Assembly (NCBI GenBank): GCA_965369865.1
Contig: CBDURU010000001.1
Location: forward strand, 48,406 to 112,405
Length of the DNA stretch: 64,000 nt
Origin: an uncultured bacterium
GTDB lineage: Bacteria > JAJVIF01 > JAPKYR01
Reading direction: 5' to 3'
Position numbers and translations under genes: made by a program. Below are positions 48,321-56,790 of this stretch, in pieces. The notes under the pieces were generated by a model. It did not search any database. It worked only from the letters and a program-made list of their open reading frames with translations, and had not been told where the DNA came from. Position 1 is the stretch's first letter, and each line of letters begins with the position of its first letter.

Positions 48321-50002
48321 TTGTTTTATCACTGGTGCTTATGGTCGGGGACAGGGGTATCCAACTGGATAGAATTATCGATGGCGAGTTGATCATTGAG
48401 CCATATCCCGGAGTGGCGGAAGGCGCTGGGATCTGGATTGATAATGAGCCTTGGGCCGAGGATGAATGGGACTCATGGGCGGACCCTCACATGGAATATC
48501 GCATCGCCGAGGACGCTAAACCCAGGGGGGATGAGTTTATTATAATTATTGCTATGGACGCTTTACTTTCTGATCCCGGTCTTGAGGAGGTTAAGGTGCG
48601 TGTTACCGACTTCCACGAAAATTGGACAAGGACGGATAATTTGCTGGAGGACATTGATGGCCTTTATACTGTAACTGAAGTGGGGATAATCGAACAAAAT
48701 TACCAGGGAACGACTGTTCTGGCGGACTTCTGCAGCGTGCCTGTATGTGATAGAGTAGCTGGGATATACACTCTTGATTATGTAGCTCAGGTTGTAACAT
48801 CGGATTACATTGAACCACCTGATTTCTTATGGAGCGTTATAAATTCTCCAACGCATGAGGGCAGTGCTGGTTTAGCGGAAATAAATGTACCAATTTATCG
48901 TCTGGACCCTGAATTGGACAGGTATGAAATATACAATGAACTCTTTCCCCCTCATGGCTATCAATGCAATGTTCATTATTATTCTCGCGGGTTGGAATTA
49001 TTAATTCCTCCCGGTGAAGTCGCCCCGGTTGTCATTGATTTCTGGCGGTATTCTGTTCAACCAATGCACGAGGAAGACTATGATACCTGTCCGCATCTGT
49101 ATTTGAGCGATAGGGACCATTTAATTGGTCAGGAGGGTGATTTTGATGAAGATAGTTGGAAAGATTTCTCTATTGCCGTAGCAAACGATACAGAACTATG
49201 GCTCACATATAAACACGTAATTGACTACGCATGGTTTGGTTCAAGTGAGCGAGGTGGATTCCTCCCTATTTCCTGTGATCCGGACAAAGGTTTTAAACAG
49301 GATTATACAGTTGATGTTCTTGATTGCGGTGTTGAAAGAGTCCAGATTGATGTAGAGACTAAAACAGCTGATATTGGGATCCAAAGCAGAGGGGATGCAT
49401 ATTTCATATTTAGCCATGGTTGGCCACCTCCAATGATTGGGTATGAGCAATTAACACAGATTACCAGTCTAAGTCCTTTCCCTAATCCTGATCCGAATCT
49501 TCCTGATCGAATACCATTATCTGATTGGAAATATGTAAGTGGTCTTGCAACAGAGGTTGACTGGTTAATTTGCTCTGCATGCTTCCTTCTAAACGACGCA
49601 TCTTATCAAATATGGCAGCAATTACTTATCCCCAATTCGGTTGATGGGATCTGTGGCTTTAAGGATTTCAATTTTCGTAACATGTTGCCATTACATAGCT
49701 ATCCTAATCATCCAGGGCAAGAATTTTATCAAGCGTTTTCTGAGCGTCTTACAGACTATGAAGGCCCACATCATTATTTGTGGGGGTGTCAACCATCTTC
49801 AGTTCCAGCAGTTACTGCTTGGATGGAGAATGCATGTGTTTGGGCGATGCATATTTCAGCTGGATTTCATCCCGGGCAAGCCTGGCATGGTCTTATGTCC
49901 TGCGCGGCAGTTGATGGTGAATACCGTTATGTCCTGCGTACTCGTCGTCCCGATTGTTGGTGGGAACCGGATCCCTCATTTGAAATAAATGTCTTGCATT
50001 GA
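48317..50002 (+). CDS. A3: 'A'-family paralog, further 5'-truncated
   Basis: Homology to A1/A2 begins only at 48335 (..VLMVGDRGIQL). Candidate starts are TTG at 48317, which overlaps the B2 stop, or ATG at 48341. The putative dyad is FIFSHG (His 49415-49417) and LICSACFLL (Cys 49580-49582). Confidence 0.65.
   Translation: MIVLSLVLMVGDRGIQLDRIIDGELIIEPYPGVAEGAGIWIDNEPWAEDEWDSWADPHMEYRIAEDAKPRGDEFIIIIAMDALLSDPGLEEVKVRVTDFHENWTRTDNLLEDIDGLYTVTEVGIIEQNYQGTTVLADFCSVPVCDRVAGIYTLDYVAQVVTSDYIEPPDFLWSVINSPTHEGSAGLAEINVPIYRLDPELDRYEIYNELFPPHGYQCNVHYYSRGLELLIPPGEVAPVVIDFWRYSVQPMHEEDYDTCPHLYLSDRDHLIGQEGDFDEDSWKDFSIAVANDTELWLTYKHVIDYAWFGSSERGGFLPISCDPDKGFKQDYTVDVLDCGVERVQIDVETKTADIGIQSRGDAYFIFSHGWPPPMIGYEQLTQITSLSPFPNPDPNLPDRIPLSDWKYVSGLATEVDWLICSACFLLNDASYQIWQQLLIPNSVDGICGFKDFNFRNMLPLHSYPNHPGQEFYQAFSERLTDYEGPHHYLWGCQPSSVPAVTAWMENACVWAMHISAGFHPGQAWHGLMSCAAVDGEYRYVLRTRRPDCWWEPDPSFEINVLH
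48335..48650 (+). repeat. Shared N-module of the A family, 5'-truncated copy in A3
   Basis: It aligns with 42200-42515 at a constant offset of 6135 nt. I count roughly 15-20 mismatches by eye. Confidence 0.85.
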
Positions 50003-50016
50003 TTTTGGAGATCACA

Positions 50017-51162
50017 ATGAAAACAAAAACATTCATAATCTTAGGTATAGTAATCACTGCAATTGTTGTTGGCGGAATTCTGTATGAAATAACGATGAAT
50101 CCTGGAATAATCGCAAGCAGTAACGGCTATTATTACGGTCTTTCTAATCCTGTTACAGCAGCGATCAACTCAAACGGCGACCACCTGTATGTCTCATTTC
50201 CTTCCCATAACAAGGTTTTGGAAATAGATATCCCAAGCATGCAGGAACTCAGGCGATTTGATATAGATGATGCAGGATACCTTCATCTGGATCAGAGTGA
50301 AAATTTACTCTACTGTATTTCTTCCGGGTATCCCAGCTACCTAAACAGGATCAATTTATCTTCGGGACAAACTGAGCGGATTCAAATAACTGCGCTGGCT
50401 ACTGACTTCTGTTTCCATCCGGATGGACAAACGATCTGGGTGATAAGTCAAACGTGGCCCGGGGAAGGAGAATGGTATGTGCCTTCTGAAGCATACAAGC
50501 ATCCAGAGAGTGGTATGATTACTGAAGTGGATGTTCAGAATTTTGAGATTATTCAATCTGCTACAATAAAGCCGTTACCGGTTTGTATTATGTACTCATC
50601 ATATACTGAGATGTTGTATATCTGGCATGCTTATACTTCAGTTGAAAGCGAACCAGGACAAAATTACATTACTCGTAATGGTAATGTTATTTACGAAACT
50701 GACCCGTCTAGGTTGAATCAAGGTCGTCACTTTATTACAGGTCCTGAAATAGGCCTTCCGGGAGGTCCAAGGGTTGAATTATGGTCAGATGACGGAAGGT
50801 ACCTTGCAGTTCCCAGTCCCGCAATAGGCGAGCCGCCACACTCATTAATGGTATTTGACCTTGAGTCATGGGATTATGCAAGTGAAATTTCAGTTTTAAT
50901 GGGCAATGATCTACCGTTTGGCACTCGTTTTTTACATGTTGTACCGAACCAAAATATCATCTGGGCAACCGGTTTCGGAGGATTCTCAGAGAATCCTCTT
51001 GATAGACCTGTTATCAGAATTAATAGAGTAACAGAAGAAATTGAAGTTTTTCCTGTACATGGAGTTCCTCGATGGGGTGATTTCACTGTGTCTCCTGATG
51101 GCTCAACGCTTTACTTGACCAGCCCTAACACTAATGAAATCATCGTCTGGTCGCCGGATTGA
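50017..51162 (+). CDS. B3: exported YVTN-like beta-propeller protein
   Basis: ATG at 50017 with GGAG 6 nt upstream (the track start is TTG at 49999). It has the anchor FIILGIVITAIVVGGIL and ends ...SPDGSTLYLTSPNTNEIIVWSPD. Confidence 0.75.
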   Translation: MKTKTFIILGIVITAIVVGGILYEITMNPGIIASSNGYYYGLSNPVTAAINSNGDHLYVSFPSHNKVLEIDIPSMQELRRFDIDDAGYLHLDQSENLLYCISSGYPSYLNRINLSSGQTERIQITALATDFCFHPDGQTIWVISQTWPGEGEWYVPSEAYKHPESGMITEVDVQNFEIIQSATIKPLPVCIMYSSYTEMLYIWHAYTSVESEPGQNYITRNGNVIYETDPSRLNQGRHFITGPEIGLPGGPRVELWSDDGRYLAVPSPAIGEPPHSLMVFDLESWDYASEISVLMGNDLPFGTRFLHVVPNQNIIWATGFGGFSENPLDRPVIRINRVTEEIEVFPVHGVPRWGDFTVSPDGSTLYLTSPNTNEIIVWSPD

Positions 51163-51212
51163 TCGTCACAGGCGGCGAGAGCGAAAAAATCCTCGTCATC
51201 GATCCGACGTAG
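51162..51212 (+). pseudogene. Relic of an ancestral last beta-strand of the B family, located after the B3 stop
   Basis: It translates as IVTGGESEKILVIDPT*. Compare the B1 C-terminus IVTGGRTKNIVIIDPLH*. Confidence 0.45.
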
Positions 51213-51296
51213 TGATATAATGGTTTCTCTAATACAGCGACAAGCACGTTCGGCTGGAAGCCAGGCATTGCTTGTCACCGACATCCAGGTCACAAG

Positions 51297-52463
51297 ATGC
51301 GAAAACATGTACGTCTGATAGTTATCGTTTTATCCGCTATGATTTGCATAACAGGCATTTATGCAATCGTTAAAGCCACACGAGAATTTTATTCCTATGG
51401 GCAGCAGGGGGCAACGGACATCGAAATTACAAATAATGGTGAACTGCTATATGTTACATATTTTGAAGATAACGCCGTCGTGGAGATCGATGCAAATACA
51501 ATGTTAGAGGTTAGAAGATTTTCGGTTCCCATGCCAACGACAATTTATCTTGATAGCGACGAAGAATATATTTACGCAAGTAGCGATACCTGGCCGGGTG
51601 GAGTATATAGAATACAATTGATCGATGGTCAATCTTCTTCCTTAACGCTGGAAGGCGAAATATATGATTTGGCAATAGATAAACAAAATAACAGATTATG
51701 GGCTGTTCATTTAATTTGGCCTCAGTTTGATGAGTTATTTAGTGAGACAGAGGCATATCTCCATCCGAATACTGGGAGGTTGACTGAGATAGACCTGGAT
51801 AATTTCCAGGTAACCAGAGAGCTTGAAATAGAGCCATTGCCTACAGCGGTATGGTATTCACAATATAGTAATAAAGTATATGTTGTTCATCATTTACGTA
51901 GATTTGAGCCATATGACCCGTCATCTTACGGGTCAATGGAGAGTATGAAATATTTCGGTAATCCCATTACCATTTATGGATTGGATCAGGAAAATTTACA
52001 CAAAATTGGGGAGAATTTTGTCGGTCATCATGATAAGTCTTTAATTATACCATACCATATTGGTAATTGGGACGATAGTGGTCGTTATCTCGTTGTTCCA
52101 AGCCCCATATCTGGCCGTCCCGAATTTTCTTTGGAAGTTATTGATACAGTTGATGATTCAATTGAAAATTATATTTCATTTCCTGGTTATCCTCCAGGTG
52201 ATCTTATGACAACAAAATATATTCAAAAGGTACCAAATATTGATGTATTATGGTCTACAATTTTATTCGGTCGTCCTGATCCTGAAATTTATGAAGGAAA
52301 TAGATTCATTGCTCGGGTAAATACAGTAACATTAGAATATGAGATATTCACGATTGATAATGTTAATTATAGCTTCGGAGATTTTGCTGTGTCACCTGAC
52401 GGCAATACTTTATATTTAACTGTTCCCAATACCGGCGAAATCATCGTCTGGTCTCCGGATTAA
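51297..52463 (+). CDS. B4: exported YVTN-like beta-propeller protein (no A gene in front)
   Basis: It has the anchor LIVIVLSAMICITGIYAIV. It is about 45 percent identical by eye to B2, and the last ~90 nt are nearly identical to B2. Confidence 0.75.
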   Translation: MRKHVRLIVIVLSAMICITGIYAIVKATREFYSYGQQGATDIEITNNGELLYVTYFEDNAVVEIDANTMLEVRRFSVPMPTTIYLDSDEEYIYASSDTWPGGVYRIQLIDGQSSSLTLEGEIYDLAIDKQNNRLWAVHLIWPQFDELFSETEAYLHPNTGRLTEIDLDNFQVTRELEIEPLPTAVWYSQYSNKVYVVHHLRRFEPYDPSSYGSMESMKYFGNPITIYGLDQENLHKIGENFVGHHDKSLIIPYHIGNWDDSGRYLVVPSPISGRPEFSLEVIDTVDDSIENYISFPGYPPGDLMTTKYIQKVPNIDVLWSTILFGRPDPEIYEGNRFIARVNTVTLEYEIFTIDNVNYSFGDFAVSPDGNTLYLTVPNTGEIIVWSPD

Positions 52464-52545
52464 TTGTTTTATCACAGGGGCTTATGGAACCCATCGGCAG
52501 ACCCCTCTCCGGTGCCCCACACATCCCCTTGTTAAATTAAAAATG

Positions 52546-52835
52546 GACCCATATCACATAGATATGGGCCTACCGATTAACAAAAATTATATCCTGAAAA
52601 AAATTAACAATCCATCCGTAGAACTGCACGGCAGTGCGTCTCAAAGAAACTCCCGATGAATCACGGGTTGAAACGCGCGATAAAAATATCGTCAAGTCCG
52701 GCCGAGGTCAGCAATGTCTCGTTGGATTCGTAAAGCCCGAATATGGCTGATTCATTGAAATAGCCTGCCACAACCATCGAATCGTCCGACAGTACTTCGA
52801 TCCCATATCCTTCATCCCTGAAAGATCCGCCCGCC
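52546..52835. repeat. Direct repeat, copy 1 (terminator hairpin plus the 3' end of an SBBP gene)
   Basis: GACCCATATCACATAGATATGGGCCTACCGATTAACAAAA...CACGGCAGTGCGTCTCAA...GTACTTCGATCCC is shared with 56768-57035. Copy 1 has a ~25-nt insertion after ATATCC. Confidence 0.85.
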
Positions 52836-52838
52836 AGG
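52661..52838 (-). pseudogene. 3'-terminal fragment (~59 codons) of an SBBP lipoprotein gene, a duplicate of the 3' end of 56860..59304
   Basis: The reverse-strand translation is ...DEGYGIEVLSDDSMVVAGYFNESAIFGLYESNETLLTSAGLDDIFIARFNP*. It has no upstream body and is nearly identical at the nt level to 56860-57035. Confidence 0.8.
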
Positions 52839-52840
52839 AT

Positions 52841-53008
52841 ATGTATGAAGATAACAAGAGCAACTGGGCTATTGAAGTCTTGAAATGAGGTGTAGAGTTA
52901 GTTGAAGTCGAGGTTGAAGATAAAACGGCTGATATAGGTTTCCAAAGCAGGGGAGATGTTTACTTCCTGATTGCACATGGTTCTACGATAGAGGTTGAAG
53001 GAAATTAG
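52841..53008 (+). pseudogene. Relic of a fourth 'A'-family gene (region around the putative catalytic His) with an in-frame TGA
   Basis: It translates as ..YEDNKSNWAIEVLK*GVELVEVEVEDKTADIGFQSRGDVYFLIAHGSTIEVEGN*. Compare A3 ..VLDCGVERVQIDVETKTADIGIQSRGDAYFIFSHG. The TGA sits where A3 has Cys and A2 has Ser. Confidence 0.7.
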
Positions 53009-53202
53009 GTTGTAGATTTGGTCTTCGAAGCTTGCCTGGTTGTCGGGTTTCGAATGCATGTATCCACCCTCTCGCCTTTCCCGTTCGGTTTATACTGGAC
53101 ATTATTTTCATTTCTCGCCTGAATGCAGGTGCCCATTGTATTTTGCGCCGGTTGCATGCTATTCTATATATTCATTCACGTTTCATTTTGGAGGTTTTTG
53201 GT

Positions 53203-56200
53203 ATGGCTCTCTCAATCCGCTCAATGCTCATAACTGCATTATTGGTGGTGGTTATTTCCGGATGTTCCGGGCATGACGCTCCATCTGCTCCGAACATCAC
53301 AGGTGAAACAGGAACTGGTCAAGAATTAACGGACACTGTCCGGGATGGTGCCGTGTTTCAAGGTAACCACTACTGCATGCTTTACAACGTTATAAACATT
53401 GATATGTCAGACCCTGACGATGTAAAGATGGAAGTAATTCCGGTACGACTTGGAGAAATCCACCTGAACATTCTGAAGCTTCTGGAAGTTGGCCCGTGTA
53501 CTGACTGCTTCAAGCTGGTTGGATTTAACCTTATCGAACCTGGTGTTCTGGATGTCGATATCGAAATCACGCACCCGTTCGACAATCTTGATTACTCTGT
53601 TTTCGATGTTCGCGGGATCATGATGTTCAACGGATCCCATTTATTCCCCGCATCAGGGATGTCAATTTCAGATCCGGCTCTCGGGGATGGCGCACTCATG
53701 AATGCCGATGGTTATACAGCACTTTACAACGGATCGACATTCGGACAGGCCGACGATCTGATGACATATTTCCCCGGCAAATTCTCGACACCAACAATTC
53801 CAGACGCGTATTTAAACGGTTACATCCGTCACAACACGGAAATCACACGTAATGCTTTCTTCGCTGGTGATTCGGTCACTCAAACTTACAGGTTAAAGAT
53901 GCCCACAACCCAGTTCGTACTCGGCTACGCGGTCGACGCTAACTGGTGGACGCCAATTGAAACACCAGTCGATGATCCGCTTACCGATTTCGACCTGGAT
54001 GCGAATTGCCCCGAGCCGTGGAAACTGAACAATGACATTACTGATATCGGTGACGGGCTTACAACTGACGGTGGGGAGGCCAAACTATCGATATTCGTTT
54101 TCGACTGGCAGGGAAAAGAATCGCACGCTGCTCCCGTCATTGAATGTCCGGAATTGTTTGATGGCACAAAGGAGATGGTTTTTAAAGCGGACGGTGACGG
54201 ATATACTCAATATGACATCACGCTGACAAACGAACTCCTTGCCGATGTCGGTGAGTACCTGTGCCTTGCTAAAGTCGAGGACAATGATAACGCCGGCGCT
54301 CCGGACTGGCTTGATCTGAGCGCGTACAGGACTGTAACCCTGACAGTTGTGGAGCAAATGCATCCCCCGATAGCGATGGCTGATTTCGTTCCCGATCCGC
54401 CCGTACTGGGTGAAGATGTGACATTTTCGGATGACGGCTCCTACGATCCGGACGGCGGAATTCTGACCAAATTCGAATGGGACTGGGAAAACGACGGTAT
54501 CTTCGATGAGGAGGGTGCTGAGGTAACACATTCGTGGGACGTCGCGAGTGTTTATTATGTGCAGTACAGGGTCACCGACGATGAAGGTGAGACAAATACG
54601 CTTGATGAACCGCTTGAAATATCCTTTGGATTTGTCCCGCCGGTAGCGATAGCCGAATTCGAGGCTCTGGAATTTGCCATTTGTGAACCGGTGTATTTTT
54701 ACGGTAGCGAGTCTTATGACCCGGATGGCGGTGAAATTGTCAAGTACGAATGGGACTGGGAAAACGACGGCACGTTCGATGATGAAGGCGCCAATTTGCA
54801 ACACATTTGGTATATCCCCGACACATATGATGTCCAGTTAAGAGTAACCGATGACGAGGGTCAGACTGATATCCTTGACGAACCCCTTCAAGTGAGCCGA
54901 GTCCAGTGTGAACCTGTCGCAATCGCGTCGGCTGATAAACTCGAGGTTGGAAAATGGGAACCAATAACATTCACTGGCGAGGATTCACACGATAATGATT
55001 GTGACGGTGAGTCAATTGTTAAATGGGAGTGGGACTGGGAAAACGACGGTACGTTCGACGAAACCGGCATGGTCAAATCCCATTCTTACAATGCGTACGG
55101 CTACCACGATGTGATGCTTAGGGTAACCGACAACGAGGGCAGTTCGGATACTCTTTCAACAGCATTACAAATAAATGTCATCGAGGATACCTGGGTAAAC
55201 ACTTGGGGAGGAGGAAGTAACGACTACGTTTATGACGCGACAACTGATGGCCTAACCAACATCTATTCGTGTGGAGTATTCAGTGGTACTGGCGTTGATT
55301 TTGATCCCGGCGAGGGAGAGTTGTTAAAGGATTCAAATGGTGATGTTGACTCTTATCTGTGCAAGTACAATTCGCAGGGAGAACTTCTCTGGGTCGGGAC
55401 ATGGGGGAGCAGCGGTTACGATCCGGCAAATTCGATTGATTGCGCCTGGGAAGCCGGTGGCAAGTTTATATATGTGACGGGATCATTCACAGGCACAGTT
55501 GATTTCGATCCGGGATCATCCGTATACAACAGAACTACTGTCGGAGATACAGACGCTTTTCTCAGCAAATTCGACCTTGACGGCAATCACATCTGGACCA
55601 CTTCCTGGGGTGGCAACATGTGGACTCATGGCGTCAATGTAACCAGGGTCGTTGACCCGGAGGGTGTTGCGGTATGTGGTGATTTCTACGGCACAACGGA
55701 GTTTGATCCTGGCGATGGCTGGTGGGAACGGACGTCCCATGGTGGATGCGATTTCTATTTATCCTGGTTTGACACTGATGGAAATTTCGAATACGGGTGG
55801 GCCTGGGGAGGCACACACGATGATTATGCATACGGTCTGGATTGCGATTACGAGGGTTGTGTTTACATGACCGGCACATTTAGGAAATATGTTGATTTCT
55901 TCCCCGGGTCGTCCGGTCATAAGTATACGTCAAATGGCGAAGGCGATATCTTCATACTGAAGCGTAAAAAAGTTGGTGATCCCTGGCTATGGAACCACGG
56001 CATGGCTGTTATCGGCGGGACCGGCGATGATGTCGGCTATGATCTTTGCATTCAAAGTCTGGATGTTTACGTGACCGGATATTTTGGGGATTCCGTTGAT
56101 TTTGATGCTTCGGCCGGCGGTAATGATATCAAAATCGCAAATGGGAAACAGGATGCATTTTTAACCAGGTATTCTCTTACTTTGGATTATGACTGGTCTC

Positions 56201-56601
56201 AGACGTGGGGCAGTAGTGTTTATTCAGCTGATGATGTGGGTTTGGGACTGGGCTTCACTTATGGTGGGATACATGTCACTGGCACATTCGAAAATAACGC
56301 CAGCGGGAGTCCGGTCGATTTTGATCCCGGCGCTGGTGTGCATTACCTGACCTCAAACGGCATGCGTGACATCTTTATCAGTAAGTTTTATACGGGTGGT
56401 GGCTTTGCCTGGGCATCATCGATAGGCTGCTCGTTCCATGATTACGGGTATTCAATAACAACGCTGGATACCCCAATCGTTTGCGGAAGTTTTCAAGGCA
56501 AGCCGGATTTCGATCCGGATCCGTTTGAGGAATACTACAAGGAATCCAACGGCAATTACGACGCATTCATGGTAAAGCTCGACAATGACGGCGGATTGTA
56601 A
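53203..56601 (+). CDS. Lipoprotein: conserved N-terminal domain plus 4 PKD domains plus degenerate SBBP-like beta-propeller repeats
   Basis: The start is set at the ATG at 53203 (MALSIRSMLITALLVVVISGCSG lipobox), with GGAGG upstream. The track ORF starts at 53032. It has four FEWDWENDG.FDE.G....H.W......V.LRVTDDEG repeats. The C-terminal half carries D.FL.K....G...W..TWGG repeats. Confidence 0.85.
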   Translation: MALSIRSMLITALLVVVISGCSGHDAPSAPNITGETGTGQELTDTVRDGAVFQGNHYCMLYNVINIDMSDPDDVKMEVIPVRLGEIHLNILKLLEVGPCTDCFKLVGFNLIEPGVLDVDIEITHPFDNLDYSVFDVRGIMMFNGSHLFPASGMSISDPALGDGALMNADGYTALYNGSTFGQADDLMTYFPGKFSTPTIPDAYLNGYIRHNTEITRNAFFAGDSVTQTYRLKMPTTQFVLGYAVDANWWTPIETPVDDPLTDFDLDANCPEPWKLNNDITDIGDGLTTDGGEAKLSIFVFDWQGKESHAAPVIECPELFDGTKEMVFKADGDGYTQYDITLTNELLADVGEYLCLAKVEDNDNAGAPDWLDLSAYRTVTLTVVEQMHPPIAMADFVPDPPVLGEDVTFSDDGSYDPDGGILTKFEWDWENDGIFDEEGAEVTHSWDVASVYYVQYRVTDDEGETNTLDEPLEISFGFVPPVAIAEFEALEFAICEPVYFYGSESYDPDGGEIVKYEWDWENDGTFDDEGANLQHIWYIPDTYDVQLRVTDDEGQTDILDEPLQVSRVQCEPVAIASADKLEVGKWEPITFTGEDSHDNDCDGESIVKWEWDWENDGTFDETGMVKSHSYNAYGYHDVMLRVTDNEGSSDTLSTALQINVIEDTWVNTWGGGSNDYVYDATTDGLTNIYSCGVFSGTGVDFDPGEGELLKDSNGDVDSYLCKYNSQGELLWVGTWGSSGYDPANSIDCAWEAGGKFIYVTGSFTGTVDFDPGSSVYNRTTVGDTDAFLSKFDLDGNHIWTTSWGGNMWTHGVNVTRVVDPEGVAVCGDFYGTTEFDPGDGWWERTSHGGCDFYLSWFDTDGNFEYGWAWGGTHDDYAYGLDCDYEGCVYMTGTFRKYVDFFPGSSGHKYTSNGEGDIFILKRKKVGDPWLWNHGMAVIGGTGDDVGYDLCIQSLDVYVTGYFGDSVDFDASAGGNDIKIANGKQDAFLTRYSLTLDYDWSQTWGSSVYSADDVGLGLGFTYGGIHVTGTFENNASGSPVDFDPGAGVHYLTSNGMRDIFISKFYTGGGFAWASSIGCSFHDYGYSITTLDTPIVCGSFQGKPDFDPDPFEEYYKESNGNYDAFMVKLDNDGGL
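54364..55185 (+). repeat. Four tandem PKD-domain coding repeats (~270 nt each)
   Basis: The nt-level core TGGGACTGGGAAAACGACGG recurs at about 54478, 54753 and 55030, with the WDWENDG / RVTD.EG protein motifs. Confidence 0.8.
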
Positions 56602-56757
56602 GTCTGAATCCTGTCATTAATTCTTTTTTATTGAGGCTCGATCTCGATAACATAGCCGCTTTCTCCCAAGAGCTGTAACCCGGGGAATGCCTTACAGCGA
56701 CTGAATCGGTAAACCTACATCTATCTGATGTGGATGCCATGGCATCGGAAATTCTGA

Positions 56758-56790
56758 TTAAAAAACAGACCCATATCACATAGATATGGG
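56758..56790 (-). terminator. Rho-independent terminator of the 56860..59304 gene (hairpin shared with the copy at 52548-52568)
   Basis: The minus strand reads CCCATATC-tatgt-GATATGGG followed by TCTGTTTTTT. It lies 70 nt downstream of the stop. Confidence 0.65.

Noticed and set aside
54085-54804. A 239-aa antisense ORF across the PKD repeats
   Set aside because: It is embedded opposite a strongly supported PKD-domain coding region. It is open only because of the repeat composition.
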